Shown here: one piece after another, positions 1-11,700 of the stretch
How the letters are laid out: the number at the start of each line of letters is the position of its first letter
Position numbering within the stretch: position 1 is the first letter of the stretch
NCBI GenBank assembly: GCA_002269645.1
Contig: NIVC01002871.1
Span: 68,901-132,900 of the forward strand
Reading direction: 5' to 3'
Length of the DNA: 64,000 bases
Source of the DNA: Macrostomum lignano
Lineage: Eukaryota
Translations under genes and position numbers: made by a program
The notes under the pieces: model-generated
Told to the model about the DNA's origin: nothing
The model's input: only the letters and a program-made list of their open reading frames with translations
The model's database searches: none

Positions 1-240
1 CTACTAAAAGTCCCCACAAGCCTCACACGGTTCTCACAAGCTACTAAAGTCCCCACAAGCCTCACACGGTCCTCACAAGCTACTAAAAGTCCCCACAAGC
101 CTCACACGGTTCTCACAAGCTACTAAAGTCCACACAAGCCTCACACGGTTCTCACAAGCTACTAAAGTCCCCACAAGCCTCACACGGTCCTCACACGGTC
201 CTCACAAGCTACTAAAAGTCCCACAAGCCTCACACGGTCT
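1..240. repeat. ~40-bp minisatellite (truncated by the window edge)
   Basis: CTACTAAAGTCCCCACAAGCCTCACACGGTTCTCACAAG, ~6 copies. Confidence 0.95.
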
Positions 241-1011
241 CCACGACTGTCCTTGCGGATGAAATGAGATCTCTGCACACCACAACCTGTGCGATGACTT
301 CACAATCTTCGTATCATTGTGAATTCATCAGAGACCGTCTCTTACCTTTCCATTCGCGTCCAAATTATAGACAAAAAACAATAAAACTGACTTACCTCTA
401 TTAACCATAGATGTAACTACGCAATTTCGACTAAGGCTTACCTGTCCCGGACATTCTAACAATCCATTTTTATAGTCAAATTCTGACGCAAACGAACTGT
501 GCCTATAAGGAATGATAGTTGATGCGCTAAGATTGTTGCAAGTAAATTCTTCCGGTTGGGCTTACCGCTAGTGATTAGCTATCTCTGATGATCTTCACAA
601 GATGACTGCGCTGGCCCAAGCCATTTTAGGACTGTTGGTTTGAATTATTTAGCCGTACCGATTCAAACCCGATGGCTGGTTGTGCGACGTTATCGCATGA
701 TGGCCCTTGCCCGGCCTAACAGCAAATTTCTGTGGCCCAGTACGCCTGCGACTGTACGCTTATACGAGCTAATAAACAGGCTCTACCGGGGTATATGCCA
801 CTCTTCAGAGACGAGCCTCTCCCAGTGCTCAATACTGTCCGTGCGGGTATAAGCCCAGTATATTGTGTGGCTTGGGCACCAAGCAATATAGCTAGAAAGG
901 ACAATGAGATTCTAAGGACAGAATGTAAATACGAGTATAATTTAGAAGAAGCACACAGCTCAACACTGCTTTTGCAGGGAAAAACTGCAAGCTAATTTAA
1001 TAATTTATCAA

Positions 1012-1572
1012 ACTGCTTACAGAAACTGAGCACTCCAGTAGCCACTTTAGCAACTCACAACCTCCTTACAGAAACTGAGCACTCCAGTAGCCAGTTTAGC
1101 AACTCACAACCTCCTTACAGAAACTGAGCACTCCAGTAGCCAGTTTAGCAACTCACAACCTCCTTACAGAAACTGAGCACTCCAGTAGCCAGTTTAGCAA
1201 CTCACAACCTCCTTACAGAAACTGAGCACTCCAGTAGCCAGTTTAGCAACTCACAACCTCCTTACAGAAACTGAGCACTCCAGTAGCCAGTTTAGCAACT
1301 CACAACCTCCTTACAGAAACTGAGCACTCCAGTAGCCAGTTTAGCAACTCACAACCTCCTTACAGAAACTGAGCACTCCAGTAGCCAGTTTAGCAACTCA
1401 CAAACTGCTTACAGAAACTGAGCACTCCAGTAGCCAGTTTAGCAACTCACAAACTGCTTACAGAAACTGAGCACTCCAGTAGCCAGTTTAGCAACTCACA
1501 ACCTCCTTACAGAAACTGAGCACTCCAGTAGCCAGTTTAGCAACTCACAAGCTGCTTACAGAAACTGCATGA
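1012..1572. repeat. 49-bp minisatellite
   Basis: AGAAACTGAGCACTCCAGTAGCCAGTTTAGCAACTCACAACCTCCTTAC, ~11 copies. Confidence 0.97.
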
Positions 1573-2840
1573 GCACTCCAGAAAGACCAGAAACTAACTA
1601 ACTTAGCACCCCAGAAAATGACGTCCCAGCTTGTTTTAATCAAGATATAGATTGTCTTTTATCAAACTGAGACACCCGCAACTCGATAAAAAAGCGAGTG
1701 TAGAGTTCTAAAATTAGCATAAGGAATGAATACATATTTCATAACTGAACCAAATGAGGTCAAATTATGGAATTGGCTATTCTTAGCGATGCCTCATTGA
1801 ATAGTATTGTTTAAATATACTGTAATTCTTGTATAGAAATATCAAAACTACTACCTGCCTAGCCTGACTAACGGCAACAATTAAATTATCACGTCGTTTA
1901 ACATTGGATTAACTATTGATTCCATGTTCAGAATAGGCTGCCGAGCTTTAACTTTGTCGATGCTATCTTTAGAACTGGAAAAATAGCTACATGTAGATAG
2001 GTCACTCGTAAAAATTCGCTCAACGACTCTTTTTCAGTAGCAATGCATTTTGCAATGTATAAAATAAAATAAAAAGTTTTTTTATTTTACAACAAGATAT
2101 TTGAAGTTTTGAAGCTCTAACAATTACAGCGTCTATTGAAGCAGAGCCATTAAATTAGCATCTTCATCCTGTTTGACTGTTGACACTGCACCCAAATCCA
2201 GTGGGTGTGCATACCGAGCAAAAGAGAAAAGGGGCGGCGCCCCAGCCCCCAGTCAGGACGATAAATAGTTTGGCTTTCGTCTTGCCCGCTTATGTCTGAC
2301 TTTGGCCTCTCTCCTTACTGCTTTCTCATTGGCTGAGCTAGATTGGGCCTGCCCCTTAGGTTGAGTTTCGTCCGTCTAACTTTGTCCTCTCTCCTTGCTG
2401 CTCTCTCATTGGCTGAGCTAGATTGAGACTGCCCCTAGGCTGAGTTTCGTCCGTCTTGCGTTCACTAGTGTACATCCAGTTAAAGGCTGGTTGTTTGTTC
2501 TTAATCCCATATGCTCCTCGAGTCCTATGCTCCTGAGGCCGCCAGCCCCAAGGAAGGAAAGGAAATTTTTGCTGCCACATAAAATTTACGTGACACTGTT
2601 CAGACAAACTACTGAAAACAGAGTAGATACTTTACTTTTCACCACTTTAGTTCTGAGTGGCAACTATTTTTTATAGTATCTGCAGACAAGTCTTAACAAA
2701 TGTTTCTATGGTACAAAGCTATCGTGGATTTTTTGCAATCGTGTTCGCTAAGAAATCGAAGCCATCGCACACAGTTGTTTATCTGTTCATCAAAGTCAAT
2801 TATTTTTGCCTTATCAACAGCCTCGCAAGCAAAGCAGCAG

Positions 2841-5800
2841 ATGCCGTCGATTCTGACAAAAATTCGAGACGTCTGGCGAAAGAAGAAGACTACCCAGAAA
2901 CATTCAGCTGAAGACTATGAGGACACCGCCACAGTCACCGCCACAGCCACTGCCACAGCCACCGAATCTGCATCCGACAGCGACATTGGCGTCTCAGTCA
3001 AAGTGACCGAGTTCCGACGGCCGGCGGCCGAGAAGTTGCTGAGGCGGATCTCCTCGCTCAGACTGGCCAGGCCCAGCCACTGGCTCACGGCGCGTGGGTT
3101 GGGGAGAAGCCGCCGGCTGATTTAATCTCTTCATCTTCATCCCTTCATGCTTCTCTTCATGTCACTTTCTTCATCTCCCTCTCTTCATGCTTCTCTTCAT
3201 GTCCCTCTCTTCATCTCTCCCTCTTCATATCCCTCTCTTCATGCTTCTCTTTATGTCCCTCTCTTTATCTTGCTATCTTCTCTTTGTCTCCCCTCTCTAT
3301 TTCTTCATCTCCATCTTTATATCCCTACTTATAAGATTCTCTCAGTCTACTACTTTTTTTAATCTACTTTCCTGATTTTTGCACACCTTTCTTTACAATG
3401 ACAAAATAAAGGAATACCATGCTACTAATTTTGATCAATATAAATTAAGATTAGGCTATTATCATTACAAAAAGAATCGATTCAATTATGTAATCCATGC
3501 TCGCAGGCACACAGCACAACAGCGGTACAAACCGGAGCAGGAGTTGCAGCAGCAGCAGCGGGGGCAGCAGTAACAGCAGCTTGAGCAGAAGCTGCAACGC
3601 AAATCCTTCGAACTTAACGCCAGTCAGCAAGTCGGGCGACATCTCCAAGGCCGAGCCGCTGAAGCCGAAACGAGTTCGAAGCGCGGAACCGAAATTTGAA
3701 TCCGAAGACGATGACAGCAGGGACGGCAATCGAACTCTGGACGCTAGCGGAGATGAAGTGCCGGCGATAAAAAGGGGGTCCTATATAAGGTGTGTACTTG
3801 CAGTTGACAATTCAAGATTATAAGGGGCCGTTGATAAGGTGTGTACTTGCAGTTGACAATTCAAGATTATAAGGGGCCGTTGATAAGGTGTGTACTTGCA
3901 GTTGACAATTCAAGATTATAAGGGGCCGTTGATAAGGTGTGTACTTGCAGTTGACAATTCAAGATTATAAGGGGCCCTTGATAAGGTGTGTACTTGCAGT
4001 TGACAATTCAAGATTATAAGGGGCCGTTGATAAGGTGTGTACTTGCAGTTGACAATTCAAGATTATAAGGGGGCCCTTGATAAGGTGTGTACTTGCAGTT
4101 GACAATTCAAGATTATAAGGGGCCGTTGATAAGGTGTGTGTACTTGCACTTTCGGACACGCGTATAGAAGCTCACAGTCGGTTTGGCCTGGTGCTTTAAA
4201 ATCAATATTCATAGGACTGTGAGCACCCTGGCGCAATGCTTTCCGCGACCTTGTCCTACAACCAGCGCTGATGCGATTCCGCTGACTCCTGAGAGCACAT
4301 AAAAGCGCGTCAATACTACACGCAGACACGCACTCATACACGCGCTCACACAGGGTGTACAGCGGCTTTGATGGCTTTCTAATCGTCTGGCATGTACACT
4401 CTCTGTGCCTTGGGGCCTTGCCCTCATGGTTGTGAATTGAGCAGAAGCCTGTGCAATTTTAGTGCACGGGCCACATAAACTTCGGGCTCCACTATTTTTC
4501 TTAAGCTGACATCCCTTTTTTTATTAGAGGCAGGGGGTTGTGTGGACCCTGGCGCACATTAAGCGACATAGGCACACAACCGGCGAGAGGCATTACTGCG
4601 CATTCCGCCGACTCCCCTGAGCAGGCATACAAGCGCGCGGATACGTACGCAGGCACACACTCACACAGGAGTGTACAGCGGCCCTAACTTTATATTATCG
4701 TTAGGCATGTACACTTCACTGCGCCTTGGGGGTTGGCTCTCAAGGCCGTTAATTGCACGAGCAGAGCCAAGCCGAGATTCCAATTCAGCCCCAAATTAAT
4801 GTGACTGCACTTGGAATCGAGCCTGGGTCGCTGGCACACCAGAGCAGCTGCGCTACCGCTGGGCTACGCCCCCCCTAATGACATCCCTTTTGTACTGTTC
4901 GTCTTTCCAGCAGGGCATCGCCAAGCCGCCGGCTCAGGCGAAGCGGCAGCCACCGACTTCGCCTCGCCCTGCCGACCCGGCTGCGGGAGTTTCTCTGCTG
5001 GCCGCGGGTGGCTGGCGGGAGATCCACTGGCGTTGCCGGCACCAGCGCGGAGAACAAAGACTTCACGGTTGGCCAGATCGAGTGCCTCTATCAGCTGCCG
5101 CAAACGCCGATGCCCAGCGCCGCGACTGTTGGTCATCGAAACTCTTTGTCAAATTTGGCGACGGATAAAGAGTCACCAAATTCTGCTATCATTGCACCAA
5201 AACCTGTCATTGAAACGCCAAATGGACCATGCGAGATTGAAGATGAAGCGACGAACGCGGATATAAAACCGGAAGTAATCAAGCATGAACCGGAAGTGAA
5301 ACAAGAACGATCAGCAGAGCCAGGATCGGAAGTAAACGTAGACCAATACGAACTGGAAGTGAATTTTCACAAACAGGAACCGGAGACAGACGCAGACCAA
5401 CTCGAACCGGACGTGAAAGCAACTCTCGAACAGGAGTTAGAAATCTACGCCGATCTGGAACAAGATTCGGAAATCAACTCGGAACCATATCAGCAACCGG
5501 AAGCGGAATCGGAAGCGAACTTTGACATAGTCGAATGGTCGCCGAAACTAGATGAAGCGGTGCTTGGGAAAGCGGAACCGAACTATGCCAGTACCGCGGC
5601 TTGCGAACTATCTCGGCAAGCCAGGCCTTCAGCAGCCTTCAGCGAGGCCTACGGCGACACCAGGCGAGAGTGCGGCTCAGTTGAACTCGCGATTGATGGC
5701 CTCTCATTGGCTGACGAGGCCGAGTATCAGCGACTGTTCAACCGGCGAGCGAGGACGCTGATTGGGTGAGCGAATTCGCCTGCTTCATCAGATTGTCTAT

Positions 5801-6921
5801 TCCTCGTACCATAATCCTCAGGTTTTAATCCGCTAGGCAGACGCACTGATTTGGGGTTTGCCACGGAATTTGCGCTCACAAGGGCGACTTCCCAGGGCAA
5901 AATTTGTGCGCACTGGGTGTGATAAATGAGGGTCCGTGGATTTTGTCCGCTGGTTGCAGGTTGACTGTTGCCAGAAGTTGTTCAGAAGCGTCCACTTCAC
6001 ACAAAAACTGCAAAATACATACATATGTATACAATGTTAAAACTCTGAGGAACTGCAACTTCCTTAACGCTGATAGTTAAGCAGAGTTGGCCCTGGTTAG
6101 TAGATCGTACGCAGCTACAGAATTGACTGCTTGCGTCACGCCTCAATCAACGCAGCCACAGTGAAGCGAGTGGCTAAGCTGAGCTACAATTCACGTTGCT
6201 GTGATTGGGTAGCAGCTCTGAGCTGCGGCTAAGCTAGACAGAAGACTTTGGAGCCTGATAAAACAACCTGAACAGCTTGTGAACAAATACGAGTAGGTTG
6301 TATTTTTGCCCTGAGCAGCTCGGAAACCACAGAAAAAAGTGGTATCCTTGTATCCGAAAAAGAAATATATCGCACGGAATCGAACCAGGGATCCTGGCGC
6401 GAGATTCAGACGATTTACCCAGAAATAGTTGATAAATTGGCACAGATGTAGAAAAACAATTCAAAGCTACATGTAGCTATGTGCAGAGCAACTGAAAAAT
6501 CAGCCATGCACTACAAGAATCGTCGGCTTGTTTCCAGTTGGAATCACACGAAAAAACGCTCGGTGCATCGGCTAATTGATTACGTAATCATTGAAAATGG
6601 CCGTCTATAATTAATCTCGCACAATCCAGAAACGGCTCAATTGATTCCCGCGTCCGCAGCAGCAGCACCAGCGCGGAGGACACCGACTGTCGAGACGTCG
6701 AGCCCTGTCCCGCTGTGTTCGCCGAGGTGCTGCCGATCGGGCTGATGAAGGCGGCGCCAGACGCCAGGTCGACGGCTTCGGCTGAGGGCGAAGAGCCGTC
6801 GCCAGGCTCGGCCAGCTGCCTGATTGCTACGCTGACAAGAATGACGGGCAGCCATCAGGGCCGTCTGCTGCAACTCGCCAGCGAAAGCCTCGATGAGCCC
6901 GAGGACAGCGCGACCGGCTGA
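2841..6921 (+). CDS. Orphan low-complexity acidic protein, 4 exons, 559 aa, no recognised domain
   Basis: Exons 2841-3093 (C|GTGGGT), 3507-3789 (AG|GTGTGT), 4914-5765 (GG|GTGAGC), 6630-6921 (TGA). GC-rich islands joined in one frame, total 1680 nt; AATAAA near 7166. Confidence 0.65.
3785..4148. repeat. 49-bp minisatellite that includes the splice donor of orphan gene exon 2
   Basis: ATAAGGTGTGTACTTGCAGTTGACAATTCAAGATTATAAGGGGCCGTTG, ~7 copies. Confidence 0.97.
4195..4450 (-). mobile_element. SINE family B, diverged partial copy
   Basis: Shares CACCCTGGCGCA, ATTCCGCTGACTCC and GTGTACAGCGG...GGCATGTACACT with the adjacent copy. Confidence 0.65.
4520..4878 (-). mobile_element. tRNA-derived SINE family B, full-length copy with poly(A) tail and 13-bp TSD
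   Basis: Head GGGGGGCGTAGCCCAGCGG...GGCTCGATTCC (A and B boxes), tail CTCTAATAAAAAAA, direct repeat TGACATCCCTTTT at 4507-4519 and 4879-4891. Confidence 0.85.
6365..6425 (-). mobile_element. tRNA-like SINE head fragment
   Basis: Minus strand CGTCTGAATCTCGCGCCAGGATCCCTGGTTCGATTCCGTGCG (B box) matches the heads at ~59030 and ~51630. Confidence 0.45.
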
Positions 6922-7644
6922 CTATGGCGTCAGTTTTACAACATCGCCTTCAACTTTGGCGTCATTGCATTTGTGACGTCACTTTATCTTTCTGCAGACA
7001 TGTGTAATATATACATGTATGACGTCACATTCACTTTGTGTAACTATGACCTATGAAGTCATCTGGCTTCGTGTAACCAAAACGACCATTTGAATCCATT
7101 AAAAGTTTTAGTAACTATGGCGTCATATTAATCTTCTGCAACCGCGACGTCAATGAATTTTGAGTAATAAAGAAGAAACACTTTATCAACAGAGATTAGT
7201 TGGATTATTTCCGCAGAGAACTTTTAATATCGAGTTCTTTTATACAACAGAGCTTATGCTGTTTGAGAATCTATTTGAAAGCTAAAACAATCGGGCAGGA
7301 AAATAATAGGAACAATACGCATTTTTGAAATAACAAAAGACTATCACTGACAACAGCTGCTAAAGGAAACTCAAAAAAAACATTTATTGCTTGTAAACAC
7401 TAATCCGACGCATTTCAGATGGACGGTAAAATGCAAAAATAGGACGTGACTTGCAAAGTTTTTAGCGTAGGTATACTGCTTGCAAAATGAAAAAAAGTAG
7501 ACGAAGAAGTGCAGAATGTATCAGCAATAGGAATTTTTCGATTATGATTGTGGCTCTATTTAATTCAATAATTAGAAGCAAGCTATGAAAGTAAAACTTC
7601 AATTGGGTAAAAAGAATGCTGATCAATCTGGTTCGGGCCGAGAA

Positions 7645-8235
7645 TCACGCGACTGTTGATCAATAGGGTGAGGGTTAGGATCACGTGACTGTTGATCAAT
7701 AGAGTGAGGGTTAGGATCACGTGACTGTTGATCAATAGGGTGAGGGTTAGGATCACGTGACTGTTGATCAATAGGGTGAGGGTTAGGATCACGTGACTGT
7801 TGATCAATAGAGTGAGGGTTAGGATCACGTGACTGTTGATCAATAGAGTGAGGGTTAGGATCACGTGACTGTTGATCAATAGGGTGAGGGTTAGGATCAC
7901 GTGACTGTTGATCAATAGGGTGAGGGTTAGGATCACGTGACTGTTGATCAATAGAGTGAGGGTTAGGATCACGTGACTGTTGGCAAATAGGGTGAGGGTT
8001 AGGATCACGTGACTGTTGGCAAATAGGGTGAGGGTTAGGATCACGTGACTGTTGATCAATAGGGTGAGGGTTAGGATCACGTGACTGTTGATCAATAGGG
8101 TGAGGGTTAGGATCACGTGACTGTTGGCAAATAGGGTGAGGGTTAGGATCACGTGACTGTTGGCAAATAGGGTGAGGGTTAGGATCACGTGACTGTTGGC
8201 AAATAGGGTGAGGGTTGAGATCAGCAATAGGATCA
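7645..8235. repeat. 36-bp minisatellite between the convergent genes
   Basis: GACTGTTGATCAATAGGGTGAGGGTTAGGATCACGT, ~16 copies. Confidence 0.97.
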
Positions 8236-8482
8236 CTTGGCTAAGAAAGTGCTAAAGCATAAAAGCAACAGCTTGCAAAAGATGGTTTGCAGTCCAAAAG
8301 AAGATCTACAATCTAGTATAAAGCGGATTTGTAAAACAGAGAGATAGTAATATAATTGCATAGAAGCAACAGCAGAAATATAATTTGTAGCGATATTATT
8401 AATCACCATAAGTTTAATCAAGCTAGACTCGAAAGTAAATTAGGAAATGCACTGGCAATAATTAACGTATAAAACAAGTTTG

Positions 8483-8794
8483 TCACTTGGTTTTCAACAG
8501 CGAGGCTGCCGGACTGCGCGGCGCCATCAACGGCGAGGAGCCGCGCGGCGAGGCGGCCGGGCCCCGTGCTGTGGCCGCCAGCCGGCTGGGGTCGAGGCGG
8601 GTGCCTCCCAGCGCTGGCGAAGCTGCTGAGGTCGACGCTACCGTCGCCGCCGCCGCCGTCGACGTCGCTGTCGCCGAAGCGAGGCCGAAGCAGCCTCGTC
8701 GGAAGAAGGCGCGGCCAGAGCCGCTGGCCGGGCGGGAGCTCTCATGGCCGGACTGCAGGCTGGCCAAGTGGGCAGCGTAGCCGTCCGTCAGAGG
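8483..8794 (-). CDS. rdgB: rdgB terminal exon ([14 protein letters not shown]...FFRRGCFGL...LLKTK*)
   Basis: ccgcag|CCT acceptor; TGA at 8485-8483. Confidence 0.85.
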   Translation of the reverse strand, partial: PLTDGYAAHLASLQSGHESSRPASGSGRAFFRRGCFGLASATATSTAAAATVASTSAASPALGGTRLDPSRLAATARGPAASPRGSSPLMAPRSPAASLLKTK

Positions 8795-11700
8795 CTGCGG
8801 GATTGGACAGATTCTGACACTTTGATGATCGGGATCTGACACTTTGATGATGGGGATCTGACACTTTGATGATCGGGATCTGACACTTTGATGATGGGGA
8901 TCTGACACTTTGATGATGCAGATCTGACACTTTGATGATGCAGATCTGACACTTTGATGATGCAGATCTGACACTTTGATGATGCAGATCTGACACTTTG
9001 ATGATGCAGATCTGACACTTTGATGATGCAGATCTGACACTTTGATGATGCAGATCTGACACTTTGATGATGCAGATCTGACACTTTGATGATGCAGATC
9101 TGACACTTTGATGATGCAGATCTGACACTTTGATGATGCAGATCTGACACTTTGATGATGCAGATCTGACACTTTGATGATGCAGATCTGACACTTTGAT
9201 GATGCAAATCTTACACTAATTTGATGATGGGAGTTCTGACACTTTGATGATGGAGTTCTGACACTTTGATGATGGAGTTCTGACACTTTGATGATGGAGT
9301 TCTGACACTTTGATGATGGGGATCTGACTATTTTAAGAAGATGGGGATCTGACACTTTGATGATGGGAATCTGACACTTTGATGATGGGGATCTGACTCT
9401 TTGATGATGGGGATCTGACACTTTGATGATGGGGATCTGACACTTTGATCATGGGGGTCTGGCCCTTTTATGGTAGGGATCTGACACTTGATCATGGGGA
9501 CTGACACTTTTACTGATGAAGATCTGATGATCAGTGGGATCTGACACTCTAAGTGGGGATCTGACACTCTAAGCGGGGATCTGACACTCTAAGCGGGGAT
9601 CTGACACTCTAAGCGGGGATCTGACACTCTAAGCGGGGATCTGACACTCTAAGCGGGGATCTGAGACTCTAAGCGGGGATCTGACACTCTAAGCGGGGAT
9701 CTGAGACTCTAAGCGGGGATCTCACACTCTAAGCGGGGATCTGACACTGTAAGCGGGGATCTGACACTCTAAGCGGGGATCTGAGACTCTAAGCGGGGAT
9801 CTGACACTCTAAGCGGGGATCTGACACTCTAAGCGGGGATCTGACACTCTAAGCGGGGATCTGACACTCTAAGCGGAGATCTGAGACTCTAAGCGGGGAT
9901 CTGACACTGTAAGCGGGGATCTGACACTCTAAGCGGGGATCTCACACTCTAAGCGGGGATCTGACACTCTAAGCGGGGATCTGACACTCTAAGCGGGGAT
10001 CTGAGACTCTAAGCGGGGATCTGACACTCTAAGCGGGGATCTGAGACTCTAAGCGGGGATCTCACACTCTAAGCGGGGATCTGACACTGTAAGCGGGGAT
10101 CTGACACTCTAAGCGGGGATCTGAGACTCTAAGCGGGGATCTGACACTCTAAGCGGGGATCTGAGACTCTAAGCGGGGATCTCACACTCTAAGCGGGGAT
10201 CTGACACTGTAAGCGGGGATCTGACAGTCTAAGCGGGGATCTGACACTCTAAGCGGGGACCTGACGATTAGCATAGAACTCACCGTGGCCAGTCCCGCCC
10301 ACTTCCTGCCGCCCCTGCCCACAACGAACACGTGCCTGGCCCCCACAGCCCTGAATGCCGGCACGTCCTTGGCCGAGCCGTAGGCCGCGTGCAGCCGCAG
10401 GCCAGTCTGGGCCGTCAGCCGTTGCAAGCAGGCCGCCTTCTGTCGCATTGCGTCGGCCGACAGTCCGTCGGCAAAGAACAGCATGCCGTGAGGAAAATTG
10501 TGTCTGGCGAGCCAGCCAAGCACCCGGCGCAGCTGCATGTCCGGCCGGGCGGTCACGTACAGCAGCAGGTAGCCCAGGTCCTGCCAGTGCCTGGCCACGT
10601 CCACTGAACCGGGACGGACCTGATGGGCAAGCGAGTCGGGCGTGGTGCCATTTTCCCAAATTATCCCATCTCAACTGGGGAGATTTCTCATGCCATTATC
10701 CCATCTCAACTGGGAGACTTCTCATGCCATTATCCCATCTCAACTGGGAGATTTCTCATGCCATTTCCCATCTCAATCGGGGAGATTTCTCCTGCCATTG
10801 TCTCATCTCAACAGGTGAGATTTCTCCTGCCATTGTCTCATCTCAACAGGTGAGATTTCTCATGCCATTTTCCCATCTCAACTGGGGAGATTTCTCATGC
10901 CATTATCCCATCTCAATCGGGGAGATTTCTCATGCCATTATCCCATCTCAACTGGTGAGATTTCTCATGCCATTATCCCATCTCAATCGGGGAGATTTCT
11001 CATGCCATTATCCCATCTCAACTGGTGAGATTTCTCATGCCATTATCCCATCTCAATCGGGGAGATTTCTCATGCCATTGTCTCATCTCAACTGGTGAGA
11101 TTTCTCAAGCCATTATCCCATCTCAATTGAGCAGAGCACCCATAACAAACGCTTACCTTAGGGTCGCCGCCCATAAGTGACACGCTGGCGGCAAAGGAGC
11201 CATCAATAGAGAAGGCCACGCACTCCGTATTCGGCGGCACAACGGCCAGATTAAGATCGGCGCAGGTGAGATCCGACCTGGCAACCAGTTTTAAGGTGTG
11301 CGAGCCGAGCGGCAGGCGGCGATCGGTGGGCAGAGCGAAGCTCAACTTGCCGTGGCTGTCCGTCCGACCGCTGCCCAGGTAGGTCCAGTCTCCGCTGGGC
11401 GGCTGGCTCAGCGAGTGGACGTCGATCTGCTCCGAGGGGAGGCGGTGGGTAGGGCAAGGTTGCCTGTTTGCTTTCGCAAATAATTACTTCGAAATTCATT
11501 TCACCCAATCTCTCTTATCTCCCATCTGGCTTATCTCCCATCTGGCTTATCTCCCATCTGGCTTATCTCCCATCTGGCTTATCTCCCATCTGGCTTATCT
11601 CCCATCTGGCTTATCTCTCATCTGGCTTATCTCCCATCTGGCTTATCTCCCATCTGGCTTATCTCCCATCTGGCTTATCTCCCATCTGGCTTATCTCCCA

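Noticed and set aside
1012-1572. CRISPR-like regular arrays (30-49-bp units)
   Set aside because: Units are directly adjacent with no unique spacers, there are no cas genes, and the context is eukaryotic.
2229-2480. ~80-bp duplication with TTTCGTC motifs as a ribozyme
   Set aside because: There is no catalytic core; at most it is a promoter-like region with two CCAAT boxes and a GC box, which I cannot support further.
6637-6873. Extra rdgB exon on the minus strand
   Set aside because: rdgB terminates at 8483, and the GC island is better explained as exon 4 of the plus-strand orphan gene (phase match at 5765/6630).
7660-8220. Interstitial telomere
   Set aside because: There is only one GGGTTAGG per 36-bp unit and no (TTAGGG)n run.
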